Under the pieces are notes generated by a model. That model did not search any database. It was not told where the DNA came from and saw only the letters and a list, made by a program, of their open reading frames with translations. A DNA stretch of 64,000 bases, taken from assembly GCA_965218435.1 (NCBI GenBank), contig CBDCKW010000009.1, positions 2,784,001 to 2,848,000 on the forward strand, given 5' to 3'. The DNA comes from Truepera sp. (GTDB lineage: Bacteria; Deinococcota; Deinococci; Deinococcales; Trueperaceae). Position numbers and translations under genes: made by a program. Positions 38,270-48,395 of this stretch are shown one piece after another; within the stretch, counting starts at the first letter, position 1, and every line of letters begins with the position of its first letter.

Positions 38270-39193
38270 TTAACTTTTGGGGATCGCAGCTTCAGCCCGC
38301 CCGTAAAGCGCCGCCAGTTGCGCACGTCCCTGCCTTTCAAAGTCGGCGTCGTGATGTTCTCTGGCCCAAACGACGGTTGAAAGGGCGGACAGGGCGAGAC
38401 GTTGCCCTAATACTTCTCTTTCAACCTCGCTCAGCACGCGTCCGTAGCCCTGCCAAAACGCGTCTTCCAAGCTGCGCTCCCAGAGGCCGGCGTAAAGTCT
38501 TTCTACGTCAACGAGCCAAAAGTCAGGCCGCGCGTGTTCAAAGTCAATGACCGAGAGCTGCACGCTGCCCACGGAAACGTTAGCAGAGAGGTCTACGAGC
38601 CAGTTGCGCGGCGAGTAGTCGCGGTGACAGGGAACGCGAACGGCCCGTAACTGCTCCAGTAGCGCCACTGCACCCTCGACTTGTTCGACGACCCAGGAGG
38701 TTGTGTTTGGCTCGAGCAGGCCCGCAGCACGTCCCAGCCACGCTGCGCCGCGCTGTGCGTAAGCTTCGGGTAGGGGCACCGGGTCGTTGTCAGTAGAGGG
38801 CAAGGTGTGAAGCGCCCGCAACCATGCGCCTGCTTGCCGGTACATCTCTAACCGCTGCACTTTGTTGAGGTAAGTGTCCTCTACCGGTGTACCTGGGCAA
38901 ACTGAGACGAGGAGCGCCTGCAGGTCTGAATTCTCGGCCAATAGGCGTGGCGTCAAAGGAGGCTCGAGCTGAGGTAACCACGCCCGGTACGCCTGCCGCT
39001 CCTGGACAAACTTGCGCGGTTGCCGAAACACTTTTAAGAACGCCTGCTCAACGCCCGTGACCGCCCACACCGACGATTCGGCGTGCGGCCAGCCGCAAAA
39101 GTGCACCTCTTGCAGCGGCCCCAACTGCGCTTCGGCAAAAGCGCGGAGTTCCGAAGTTAAATGGTACGCCACTGTTTGAACCCTCCCTTCCAA
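38270..39193 (-). CDS. Aminoglycoside phosphotransferase/choline kinase family protein
   Basis: [16 protein letters not shown]; start uncertain. Confidence 0.85.
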   Translation of the reverse strand: MEGRVQTVAYHLTSELRAFAEAQLGPLQEVHFCGWPHAESSVWAVTGVEQAFLKVFRQPRKFVQERQAYRAWLPQLEPPLTPRLLAENSDLQALLVSVCPGTPVEDTYLNKVQRLEMYRQAGAWLRALHTLPSTDNDPVPLPEAYAQRGAAWLGRAAGLLEPNTTSWVVEQVEGAVALLEQLRAVRVPCHRDYSPRNWLVDLSANVSVGSVQLSVIDFEHARPDFWLVDVERLYAGLWERSLEDAFWQGYGRVLSEVEREVLGQRLALSALSTVVWAREHHDADFERQGRAQLAALYGRAEAAIPKS

Positions 39194-39212
39194 GCGTGCT
39201 AGACTAGCATGT

Positions 39213-39305
39213 TAGGCAAAGCGGGGCCACCTTATCCGGCCCACACCGCTTACCAAGTAAGGGGCATAAGGTTACGTCCACCCTATCCGGGCGCGGCTTT
39301 ATCTA
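39213..39305 (+). promoter_or_regulatory. Structured rpsO 5' leader (putative S15 autoregulatory element)
   Basis: Outer stem 39213-22/39296-305; arm accttat/ataaggt enclosing gccc/gggc and cttac/gtaag; arm cgtcc/gggcg. Confidence 0.55.
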
Positions 39306-39321
39306 CCAGAAAGAGGCAGCT

Positions 39322-39588
39322 ATGATTACCAAAGAGCAAAAAAGCGAGATTTTTACCGAGTTCGGCGGCAGCGCCGAAAACACCGGTTCAACCGAGGTGC
39401 AAGTCGCAATGTTGACGACCCGCATCAACCAGCTGAGCCAGCACCTGCAGGCCAACCGCAAAGACCATCACGGCCGCCGTGGTCTGCTGACGATGGTCGG
39501 ACGGCGTAAACGGCTCCTCAAGTACCTCGAGGCCAAAGATTTCGAGGGTTACAAGGCGCTGATCGCCCGGTTGGGACTGCGGCGTTAG
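39322..39588 (+). CDS. rpsO: 30S ribosomal protein S15
   Basis: [17 protein letters not shown]...[20 protein letters not shown]. Confidence 0.98.
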   Translation: MITKEQKSEIFTEFGGSAENTGSTEVQVAMLTTRINQLSQHLQANRKDHHGRRGLLTMVGRRKRLLKYLEAKDFEGYKALIARLGLRR

Positions 39589-39631
39589 GTTGTTCCTTTC
39601 AGGTCAAACACGGCACTATCCAAACTAATAC

Positions 39632-39669
39632 GAAACCGGGCGGGGCAGCAGGCGGCTCTACCCGGTTTC
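39632..39669 (+). terminator. Hairpin in the rpsO-pnp spacer
   Basis: Stem gaaaccggg/cccggtttc. Confidence 0.5.
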
Positions 39670-39766
39670 AACCTATTTTGTGAACGTAGTACAGCACCCA
39701 GAACCTATTTGCAACTACATACCAACTATCTTGTGACAAACACTATCCAAATTCAAAGGAGTTTAA

Positions 39767-41947
39767 GTGGATATTCCAGCAGGTAAACGCTACAGCACCA
39801 CCTGGGGTGGGCGCGAGCTCGTCTTAGAGACCGGCAAATATGCCAAGCTCGTCTCCGGCAGCGTCACAGTGCGCTACGGCGACACACTCGTCCTAGTCAC
39901 CGCGCAGATGTCGGATTCAGCCGGAACAGCCGACTTTTTGCCTCTCACCGTCGAGTACGAGGAGCGGCACTACGCTATCGGCAAGATTCCAGGATCATTT
40001 ATGAAACGCGAGGGGCGACCCGGTACGCAGGCGACTTTGAACGCCCGGATTACCGACCGGCAGATTCGTCCGCTTTTCCCTAAAGGGTTGCGCAACGAAG
40101 TGCAGGTCATCATCACGGTCTTGTCCGCCGATCAGCACAACGACCCGGCGATGATCGCGGCTATCGGCGCGTCGGCCGCCCTCAGCATTTCAAATATTCC
40201 CTGGGATGGGCCGACCGCGTGTGTCAGTGTGGGGTACGAGCAGGGACAATACGTCCTCTATCCGACGCTGCAACAGTTAGAGAGTTCGGCGCTCGAGCTC
40301 ACCGTCGCCGCCTCCAAAGACGCCGTGTTGATGGTCGAGGCGAGCGCCGACGAGTTGCCTGAAGACGTGATGGTCGGGGCGATTGAGTTTGCGCAGCGCG
40401 AGATGCAACCCGTTTTAGAGCTGATTGAAACGATGCGCCAAGAAGTCGGTCACGAGAAGGCGACCTTCGAGGCCAAAGCGTCGGCCTCCGACGAAGACAA
40501 AGAGAGCATCTATCAGAGTGCGGTTCACGCCGGACTTAAAGATGCGCTCTTGACGCCGAGCAAAAAAGAGCGCGGCGCAGCGACCAAAACGCTCCGCGAC
40601 ACCTTGATTGCGGCGCGCGTCCCGGACGACACCGCAGACGAAGACAAAGCGCAGATTGCGCTCTTAAAAGAGGCGTTTGCAGCGGCGGTGCAGCGCGAAT
40701 CGCGGCGGATGGTCTTAGAAGACGGCCTCCGCGCTGACGGCCGCAAACCCGATCAGATTCGGCCCATCTGGATTGAAGCGGGCGTGCTTCCTAAAGCGCA
40801 TGGCTCGGCAGTCTTTACGCGCGGTGAAACGCAGGTGTTGGGCGTCGCCACGCTCGGTACCGGCAAAGACGATCGGCTGATTGACGATTTAGGCATCGAG
40901 ACCAGCGAAACCTTTATGCTTCACTACAACTTCCCGCCTTTTTCGACCGGTGAGGCCAAACGGCTCCGGGGTATCTCGAGGCGTGAACTCGGCCACGGCA
41001 ACCTAGCAAGGCGTGCGCTCGAGCGGATGATTCCCAGTCAAGAAGACTTCGGCTATGTGATCCGGGTCGTGGCTGAGACCTTAGAGTCAAACGGTTCCTC
41101 ATCGATGGCGTCGGTGTGTGCTGCCACCCTGTCCATGATGGACGCAGGCGTTCCACTCAAAAAGCCCGTCGCCGGAATTGCGATGGGGCTGATTAAAGAG
41201 GGCGACGACTACCAGATTTTGTCCGACATCTTGGGTTCGGAAGACGCGCTAGGCGATATGGACTTTAAGGTCACCGGTACCCGCGACGGCGTGACGGCCT
41301 TACAGATGGACATCAAGATTCAGGGTATCACCGCTGAGATTATGAAAGCGGCGCTGGGGCAGGCCCGCGTCGGCCGCACCCATATTTTGGGCATCATGGA
41401 CGAAACCCTGAGCGCCCCACGTAGCGAAGTGTCGCGGAACGCGCCGCGCATCGTCACCGTACAGATTCCGGTTGAAAAGATCGGCAGCGTCATTGGGCCG
41501 GGCGGCAAGCAGATTCGTGAACTCGAGGCGATGGGCGTGCAGATTGACGTGGGTGAAGACGGTCTCATCAAAATCTACAGCGAAGACGCCAGCGCCGCCG
41601 ACGCCGTCAAAGAACAGATCGAAGGATTGACCGCGACGCCGGAAGTGGGCAGAACCTACGACGGCAAAGTTGTGAAGATTGCCGACTTCGGCGCGTTCGT
41701 CAACATCTTCCCCGGCACCGATGGGCTCCTGCACATCTCCCAGATCGCCGAAGAACGCGTGAATAACGTCGAAGACTTTCTTAAAGTCGGTGACACGTTG
41801 CCGGTCAAAATCGCCGGGATTGACAACCGCGGCAAGTTGGACTTGATCCGGCCTGAGCTAGAAGGCAAAATCGCGCCACGTACGCCGCGTTCAGGGCCGC
41901 CACGGGGCGACCGCTCCGGCAGCCGCGACCGCGGACCCCGCCGCTAA
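39767..41947 (+). CDS. pnp: Polyribonucleotide nucleotidyltransferase (PNPase)
   Basis: [43 protein letters not shown] and S1 domains. Confidence 0.98.
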   Translation: MDIPAGKRYSTTWGGRELVLETGKYAKLVSGSVTVRYGDTLVLVTAQMSDSAGTADFLPLTVEYEERHYAIGKIPGSFMKREGRPGTQATLNARITDRQIRPLFPKGLRNEVQVIITVLSADQHNDPAMIAAIGASAALSISNIPWDGPTACVSVGYEQGQYVLYPTLQQLESSALELTVAASKDAVLMVEASADELPEDVMVGAIEFAQREMQPVLELIETMRQEVGHEKATFEAKASASDEDKESIYQSAVHAGLKDALLTPSKKERGAATKTLRDTLIAARVPDDTADEDKAQIALLKEAFAAAVQRESRRMVLEDGLRADGRKPDQIRPIWIEAGVLPKAHGSAVFTRGETQVLGVATLGTGKDDRLIDDLGIETSETFMLHYNFPPFSTGEAKRLRGISRRELGHGNLARRALERMIPSQEDFGYVIRVVAETLESNGSSSMASVCAATLSMMDAGVPLKKPVAGIAMGLIKEGDDYQILSDILGSEDALGDMDFKVTGTRDGVTALQMDIKIQGITAEIMKAALGQARVGRTHILGIMDETLSAPRSEVSRNAPRIVTVQIPVEKIGSVIGPGGKQIRELEAMGVQIDVGEDGLIKIYSEDASAADAVKEQIEGLTATPEVGRTYDGKVVKIADFGAFVNIFPGTDGLLHISQIAEERVNNVEDFLKVGDTLPVKIAGIDNRGKLDLIRPELEGKIAPRTPRSGPPRGDRSGSRDRGPRR

Positions 41948-42203
41948 AGCAGCTCGAGCTGCTGTAATTCGGTTACCAACCAAGCTGCAGCAGCTCTACG
42001 CAAGAAATACGTCTTATCTACCGGATACCCAACCGGCATCTGAACTGTAAGGCGGTAGGGCCACACCGCTAGGCAGTTTGTTCAATCAAATGCTATGGCC
42101 GACAAATCACTAAGGCCGCTCGTCTCCCCTGACGGCCGCGCCTGTCTACCAAAGCTGTACTTAATAGGGGGCCGTAAACCCTGCGGCATCCACAAGGAGA
42201 ACT

Positions 42204-43934
42204 ATGAACCGTCCACGCAGACGTGAAAACGGAGACCGCCACCGTGCGGTACCCGGTACACCTGAAGAAATTAAAGACCTCGACGCGCCGAATAAGGCGC
42301 TCCGCATCATCCCGATTGGCGGGATGGGCGAAATCGGCAAAAACATGTTCGCTTTAGAGTACGAAGACGAAATCTTACTCATCGACGGTGGTTTAGCCTT
42401 TCCCGACGCCGACATGTTAGGCGTAGATATTTTGGTTCCCCGGATCGACTGGGTCATTGAAAACGCCGCCCGGATTAAAGGCTGGGTTTTAACCCACGGT
42501 CACGAAGACCATATCGGCGGGTTGCCGTATATGATCAAACTCTTGCCGAAAATCCCGATGTACGGCGCAAAGCTGACGTTAGGGCTGTTACGCGGCAAGT
42601 TCGACGAATTTCGCCTTAAAGAGTCCGACGCCGACCTCCGCGAAATCTCAACAGATGAGCGCGTCAAAGTGTCCAAATACTTTACCGTAGACTTTTTCCG
42701 CATGACGCACTCAATTCCCGACAATTCCGGACTAATTATCCACACACCCATCGGGCGTGTGGTCCACTCCGGTGACTTTAAGCTCGACCATCACCCCGCT
42801 GACGGCAAAACGAGCCACCTGCATAAGCTTGCGCAAGCCGGACAAGAGGGCGTGCTGGCGCTCATTTCAGATTCGACCAACGCTGAACGCCCCGGTTACA
42901 CCCCGAGCGAACGCGACGTGATGAACGCTGTAGACCAGCTCGTTTCGCAGGCCAAGGGCCGCGTCATCGTTACAACCTTTGCCTCGCACGTGCACCGGCT
43001 ACAAAACTTTATCCGGATAGCGGAAAAGTACGACCGGCGCGTCGTGGTCGAAGGCCGCTCGATGGTCAAGAATACGAAGATTGCCCAAGAGCTCGGCTAC
43101 TTAGAGGTCAAGCATCCGCTCGTCAGCTCCGACGAGATGAATAACTTAGCCGACGATAAGGTGCTCTTTTTATGCACAGGTTCGCAGGGACAACCGATGG
43201 CGGCGCTTTCCCGGCTCGCAGCGGGAACACACCGCAAAATCAGCCTTAAACAGGGCGATACGGTCATCTTGTCGTCCAATCCGATTCCCGGTAATGAGGA
43301 GGCGGTCGGGCGCGTGATCAACGAGCTGTACGGCAAAAACGTCGCCGTTTTTTACCCGCCGACCTACCGCGTGCACGCGTCGGGGCACGCCTCGCAAGAA
43401 GAACTCAAACTTATTCTCGACCTGACTCGGCCCAAGTTCTTTATCCCCTGGCACGGCGAGGTGCGGCATCAGGTCAACCATAAACGCTTGGCTGAGCAGA
43501 TGGCGACGCCACCGCAAAAGGTGGTCGTAGCTGAAAACGGCGACATCTTAGAGTTGACCCGTAACGACCTTAAAAAAGTTGGGCAGATTGACGCGGGCAT
43601 CGTCTTGATTGATTCGGTCGGTAAAACCGGCGAAGAGGTGACTGAACCGATTATCCGCGACCGGCAGACGCTCTCTTCGGAAGGTGTGGTCGTGATTATG
43701 GCGCTCATGGGCAAATCGCCCTCAGTTGAGGTTATTACTAGGGGTGTATCGCAAAACCACCGCGAACTCAACGGGGAGATTGAAAAGATCGCCTTAGAGA
43801 GTCTGAAACGCGGCGTCCGTGAAAAACGCACCTTGTCAGACATCCGCGACGATATCTTTTATCCGGTACGGCGACACCTGCGTAAAGCGACGGGTCGTAA
43901 TCCGCTGATTGTACCGACGGTGCTCGAGGGCTAA
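42204..43934 (+). CDS. rnj: Ribonuclease J
   Basis: GGMGEIGKNM, THGHEDHIGG, HSIPD, GDFK, DSTNA, TGSQG, HASGH. Confidence 0.96.
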   Translation: MNRPRRRENGDRHRAVPGTPEEIKDLDAPNKALRIIPIGGMGEIGKNMFALEYEDEILLIDGGLAFPDADMLGVDILVPRIDWVIENAARIKGWVLTHGHEDHIGGLPYMIKLLPKIPMYGAKLTLGLLRGKFDEFRLKESDADLREISTDERVKVSKYFTVDFFRMTHSIPDNSGLIIHTPIGRVVHSGDFKLDHHPADGKTSHLHKLAQAGQEGVLALISDSTNAERPGYTPSERDVMNAVDQLVSQAKGRVIVTTFASHVHRLQNFIRIAEKYDRRVVVEGRSMVKNTKIAQELGYLEVKHPLVSSDEMNNLADDKVLFLCTGSQGQPMAALSRLAAGTHRKISLKQGDTVILSSNPIPGNEEAVGRVINELYGKNVAVFYPPTYRVHASGHASQEELKLILDLTRPKFFIPWHGEVRHQVNHKRLAEQMATPPQKVVVAENGDILELTRNDLKKVGQIDAGIVLIDSVGKTGEEVTEPIIRDRQTLSSEGVVVIMALMGKSPSVEVITRGVSQNHRELNGEIEKIALESLKRGVREKRTLSDIRDDIFYPVRRHLRKATGRNPLIVPTVLEG

Positions 43935-43962
43935 ACACCGTTAGAGCAGCACGCGCATGTAT

Positions 43963-43993
43963 AAGAGACAGGGCTGAAACCCCTGTCTTTTTT
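43963..43993 (+). terminator. Intrinsic terminator after rnj
   Basis: Stem agacaggg/ccctgtct followed by T-run. Confidence 0.8.
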
Positions 43994-44284
43994 CGTAGCT
44001 TCGGTTCTGTGTGCGCTAGCGCACACGAACACTATAGTACCCGGCAAACTGTGAAAAATCTGACACCCACGTATTTTTGAGTTATCTTCATCAAACCTTT
44101 AACTTAAATAAACTTAAGGTTCGCTTAAGCTCGAGTTCTTAAGCTCTGCACATAAAGCTCTAAGAAAGGAAAACTCAAGCCGCCGTTTTAGCTAAGCAAC
44201 ATCTTATCTTATAGCTACCAACTCCAGCTAAAGTGGCCTTTGCCCTCTCGTTGAAATGACGCGCAAACGTCAGAAAGGTTTACC

Positions 44285-45496
44285 ATGAAACGCGTTTTAT
44301 TTTTTGGACTTTTGCTGTTAGCCGCCTGTTCACAGGCTCCTACCCCCGCCACGAACCCCGAGCTTTTGGCGCAGCGACTCGGAACACGCGCGGACGACGC
44401 AGCGACCGGCGTCGCCATAGACACCAAACTCGGCGCAGTTTATGTGCTGGGCGTAACCGAAGGCTCGCTTGGTGGCACTAACAAGGGTAAGACCGACGTC
44501 ATCTTGCAGCGTTATACACGCGGCGGCGAAGTTGTTTGGAAACGTCAGCTAGGAACAGGCGGCTATGACAGTGCGGGCGGCGTTGCCACCGACAGTAAAG
44601 GTTTTGTATACGCCGGTTATAACGCAACGTTAAGCAAACTCGGGGCAAACGGCAACTCTGTCTGGAAGCGTACTCTCCAGGTCGAAACTCCCTACGGTAC
44701 TGAAGCAGTTGAACTATCTGCCTTAGCTACCGACAAAGACGGCAACGTCTACGCTGCTGGTGCTACTTACGAAACGATGGTTTTGTTTAAGTACACGGGC
44801 ACGGGTGCGCTGCAGTGGACAAAAAGCGCCCAAGGCAACGGGATGTTCTTCTCTCCAACAGGTATCAGCACCGACACTAACGGTAACGTTTACGTTACAG
44901 CGAACGACGTGGACGACTGCTGCCTTGCCAACGCAATCTTGAAATACAGCCCTAGCGGAACGCAGCTTTTTAACAAATCCATCAGCACTAAGACGAACGA
45001 CCTCGAGCTAACTGGGCTTCAGGTTCAGAATAACGCACTCTACTTGGTAGGAACCAAGCACTACAACTGGGGTGGTGATTACGGCAGAAAATATGAAGGT
45101 GACGGCTTTGTCGCCCGGTACTCACTAAACGGTGCCAGAGAGTGGCAAAAAGGGTTCGGCACTATCAGCTACGACGGCGCACACGGTCTTTCAGTCGGTG
45201 CAGATGGCAGCGTGTACGTCACGGGCTATACCTACGGAGCGTTGGACGGAACCAATCAAGGCGGCAGCGACGCCTTCATGAGTAAATTTAGCAGCAGCGG
45301 CAGCGCGCTCTGGACCAAACAGATCGGTTCTAAAGGTGACGACCGGGGCAACGCAGTCGTAGCGTACAGCAGCAGTGAACTCTACCTCGCCGGTGGTGCA
45401 GGCGGCGCACTGAAAGGTGGCACGTACCGCGGCGGCGAAGACGGGTTTTTACGCCGCACTGATGGGAACGGCAACCGGGTTTGGACAGATCAGTAA
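44285..45496 (+). CDS. SBBP-type beta-propeller repeat lipoprotein
   Basis: Lipobox LAAC; repeated ATD..GNVY..G and KY...G...W motifs. Confidence 0.85.
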   Translation: MKRVLFFGLLLLAACSQAPTPATNPELLAQRLGTRADDAATGVAIDTKLGAVYVLGVTEGSLGGTNKGKTDVILQRYTRGGEVVWKRQLGTGGYDSAGGVATDSKGFVYAGYNATLSKLGANGNSVWKRTLQVETPYGTEAVELSALATDKDGNVYAAGATYETMVLFKYTGTGALQWTKSAQGNGMFFSPTGISTDTNGNVYVTANDVDDCCLANAILKYSPSGTQLFNKSISTKTNDLELTGLQVQNNALYLVGTKHYNWGGDYGRKYEGDGFVARYSLNGAREWQKGFGTISYDGAHGLSVGADGSVYVTGYTYGALDGTNQGGSDAFMSKFSSSGSALWTKQIGSKGDDRGNAVVAYSSSELYLAGGAGGALKGGTYRGGEDGFLRRTDGNGNRVWTDQ

Positions 45497-45525
45497 GTAC
45501 CAATAAGTAATCGTCAAATAAAAAC

Positions 45526-45552
45526 AGGGGCTCGAGACTGAGCCTCTTTTTT
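45526..45552. terminator. Terminator between convergent genes
   Basis: Stem aggggctc/gagcctct flanked by A- and T-runs. Confidence 0.6.
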
Positions 45553-45946
45553 AGCTGCTGGGAATAAGCCAATCTCCTTCAGCAACCCTAGTTACTCCGG
45601 CAGCCGCCAGCCGCGCCCTGTTGACATAGACATAGGTCCAAACCGTGTCACCGGAAGGTTGCACGGTGACGAGCACACGCGCGTATTCGGGTGGGCTGAG
45701 GGCGAGGCCCTCGAGCGCGTCAAGCACCGGTAAAGCCGCTCCAATATTTTCAAAGGTCAGTACGACGCCGTAAACGCGGCCCGTACCGGGGACGATAGCC
45801 GGATACCTTTCCGGTTCAAAATGTAGCAGGTCGTAGCCCTCGAGATAGGCCGGAGCTGTGCAGGTGACACCCTGGGCCAGCGCGTAGTTGGAACCGCCTG
45901 GTTTGAGGGTACCGTAAACGAAAATATCAGAAACAAGTTGTGTCAA
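45551..45946 (-). CDS. Gamma-glutamylcyclotransferase (AIG2-like) family protein
   Basis: FVYGTLK.G..N, YPA, LDALEG. Confidence 0.88.
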   Translation of the reverse strand: MTQLVSDIFVYGTLKPGGSNYALAQGVTCTAPAYLEGYDLLHFEPERYPAIVPGTGRVYGVVLTFENIGAALPVLDALEGLALSPPEYARVLVTVQPSGDTVWTYVYVNRARLAAAGVTRVAEGDWLIPSS

Positions 45947-45955
45947 AAGGCAACC

Positions 45956-46432
45956 TCAAGGATCGACTAAATCCGTATCGGGTTTGCCCGAATGAGGATA
46001 ACCAAGTGCTCGAGCCAACGCTAAAGCCTGCCCTTTATGGTGGAATTCGTGGGTTATCGGGTGGAGAACGAGCCAGCGCCGGGACAGTTTAACGTTTTCT
46101 CCGGCGGGCGACGTCCAGACAAAAGGTGCGTCCAGGTCGGTAAAGCTGTCTAGTGCTTGTAGGACGGTGGCGTCTACCTGGGCAAACGCGCCCCGTAACG
46201 CCTGAACGTCATTCACTTTAAGCTCGAGCTCTTCAGCACCGCCGAGTCCGACTGTGCCTATCCACCAAAGGTAACAATCAGCTACGTGAGCTTGGACGCT
46301 ACTCAGGCTGCCGTAAGCGAAGCCTTCATCTCGCATGGTAAAAACGTCGGGCGGCAGGGTCTCGAGCCAATCCAGCACTTTCGCTCTGGTGCGCTGCGTG
46401 AGGTCGTAAAAGATTTTCAAATCTTCGTTCAT
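45956..46432 (-). CDS. DinB family protein
   Basis: HVADCY..W, HPITHEFHHKGQ; leaderless TACGCT 6 nt before ATG 46432. Confidence 0.88.
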   Translation of the reverse strand: MNEDLKIFYDLTQRTRAKVLDWLETLPPDVFTMRDEGFAYGSLSSVQAHVADCYLWWIGTVGLGGAEELELKVNDVQALRGAFAQVDATVLQALDSFTDLDAPFVWTSPAGENVKLSRRWLVLHPITHEFHHKGQALALARALGYPHSGKPDTDLVDP

Positions 46433-46484
46433 AGGCGTAGCGTAAACCTTTTGGGCACTGACTTCATAGGTTCGCCGTATCTCA

Positions 46485-47048
46485 CTATTTAAGTGCAATG
46501 ACTTGAAACGTCCAGTTCGGCAGTTCAGCTAAAAGGTTCACCACCGAACTTTCAGACAGCAGGAGTTTTCGGTGTCCGTCTCGTACCAAGCCCTCTTTAA
46601 CGGCGTGGTCAACCCAAACAAGCAGCGCGTCGTAGTAGCCGTTTACGTTGAGGATACCGCACGGTTTTACTTGTGCCCCGATTTGTGTCCAGGTCAACAT
46701 CTCAAATAACTCGTCCAGCGTTCCGTAACCACCGGGCAGGGCGATAAAGGCGTCTGCCAGCTCTGCCATACGCGCTTTACGCGTGAGCATGTTAGGGACG
46801 ACCTCGAGCCGCGAAAGCTTGGTGTGGGCGATTTCACGGTCAACCAGACTTTGCGGCATTACACCGACGACCTCACCGCCCGCAGCGAGTGCTGCGTCCG
46901 CCAAAGTTCCCATCAGCCCGATGTGACCGCCCCCGTAAACGAGGGTCAGGCCGCGCCCTGCGAGTTCACGCCCGACCTCTTCAGCAGCTTGCGTGTACGC
47001 CGGGTTCGTACCTGCGCTACCGCCGCAAAAAACTGCGACAGCTTTCAT
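46485..47048 (-). CDS. LOG family (TIGR00730-type) nucleotide phosphoribohydrolase
   Basis: [21 protein letters not shown]. Confidence 0.92.
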   Translation of the reverse strand: MKAVAVFCGGSAGTNPAYTQAAEEVGRELAGRGLTLVYGGGHIGLMGTLADAALAAGGEVVGVMPQSLVDREIAHTKLSRLEVVPNMLTRKARMAELADAFIALPGGYGTLDELFEMLTWTQIGAQVKPCGILNVNGYYDALLVWVDHAVKEGLVRDGHRKLLLSESSVVNLLAELPNWTFQVIALK

Positions 47049-47473
47049 AAAGCCTTTTTCAACGCGGTTAGGGCACGCTGAGCCGTAAGTGTGAGCTTGT
47101 CCGGCAACGCGTTTAACGAGAAGAAGCGGATAGCTTCGGTTTTGTCCGGTTCGGGGTTAGAGAGCGTTCCGCCAACGATGCGGGCGTGATAGGCGGGCGC
47201 GACCCAGTGATCTTGCTCATCCGGTAGGAGATGGTTGGTCACGCATAAAAGGCCGGTGAGTTCGACGTGCAGACCGGACTCCTCGAGCGTTTCACGCCGT
47301 GCGGCGTCCTCGAGGCGCTCCATAAATTCGACTTTACCCCCGACAATGCTCCAGCATCCTGCTTCCGGCGCACGTTTACGCAGCGTGAGCAAGACGTCAC
47401 CTTCTCTGTTTGTTACGAGTACGCCGACACCAACGCGAGGTTCAGCTGTTTGAAGCTTTGAAGAGAGTGTCAT
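47045..47473 (-). CDS. NUDIX hydrolase
   Basis: Nudix box [23 protein letters not shown]. Confidence 0.9.
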   Translation of the reverse strand: MTLSSKLQTAEPRVGVGVLVTNREGDVLLTLRKRAPEAGCWSIVGGKVEFMERLEDAARRETLEESGLHVELTGLLCVTNHLLPDEQDHWVAPAYHARIVGGTLSNPEPDKTEAIRFFSLNALPDKLTLTAQRALTALKKAL

Positions 47474-47549
47474 AAAGATGTTGTAACACTCTTTCAAACT
47501 CAGCTGTGCGACCAGAAGTTGAAACTACGACCGAGCGATGACTCTAGGG

Positions 47550-48266
47550 CTACGTCCCGAGCGTCAGCACACAGAGCGGCACCTCGCCCGTCCCGTCAAC
47601 CTGTAACAGCCGCGCCAGCTCATCGTCGTAAAACTCGGCGCGTACGGTTGCGGCGAGGCCGAGCCCGACAGCGGCTAACATCGCACACTGCGCCGCCGCA
47701 CCCGCCTCGAGGTACAAGTAGCGGTACGCCCGACTTTTCGAGCCGTCGTCAATCCGGCCCGGTACCCCCGTATAGGCGACGATCGCAGCGCACGCCGAGA
47801 TGTCGGTGTCGCCCAAAAGGGCGTCGGCAAGGTCTAAACTAGGTTCGGTGCGGCGCAGGTGCTCTAGGGCGTGCTCACGCGGGTTGTAGTGGTACACACC
47901 GGGAAAGACGTCTTCAAGCTGCCGGACGATCAGGTAGGTCTCGAGTCCTGCAATTGGTACCGCCGTCGCGTGGGTACGCTGGCCGCCGTAGGTAAACCCT
48001 GAGGTTGCCCAAAGCAGCTGCGATACGTCGCTCTGACGCAAGCGGCCGCCTTCAGGGATGCTTTCACGCGTCGTTGACAGCGTAGCCCACAAACCTTTAC
48101 CCGCCGAAAGTTCAGGAACCGGGAGAGAGGCGACCTCGAGCGGATTCGCGTAGACCTTAAAGGGGCTGACGACCTTTCCTGTTTTGGGCGGCAACGCGCC
48201 GCGGCGGTATTTGGTCTGCGCCTGAAAGCTCTCCCCTATCGTTTTGTCGCGGCTACTGGACAACAC
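47550..48266 (-). CDS. SagB/ThcOx-like nitroreductase-fold protein (divergent)
   Basis: SQLLWA, GVYHYNP..H.L, RAYRY..LEAG, FYDD; SD AAGGAG. Confidence 0.8.
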   Translation of the reverse strand: MLSSSRDKTIGESFQAQTKYRRGALPPKTGKVVSPFKVYANPLEVASLPVPELSAGKGLWATLSTTRESIPEGGRLRQSDVSQLLWATSGFTYGGQRTHATAVPIAGLETYLIVRQLEDVFPGVYHYNPREHALEHLRRTEPSLDLADALLGDTDISACAAIVAYTGVPGRIDDGSKSRAYRYLYLEAGAAAQCAMLAAVGLGLAATVRAEFYDDELARLLQVDGTGEVPLCVLTLGT

Positions 48267-48395
48267 GGCTCCTTAACGGTTTCTTAACCCTCCGCACTAG
48301 TGTACCATCCCGGCCGGTAGAGACGAATCAGCACTCGAGTCGGGCGCGGCATATGAGAAGACAGCAGCAGTCGCCAGAGCGGGTTACCTTAACGT

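Noticed and set aside
38270..39193. Aminoglycoside resistance gene
   Set aside because: Only the generic kinase-fold motifs are present, and the context (coaA, rpsO) is housekeeping.
47550..48266. RiPP (thiazole/oxazole peptide) biosynthetic cluster
   Set aside because: No YcaO, precursor peptide or exporter is adjacent.
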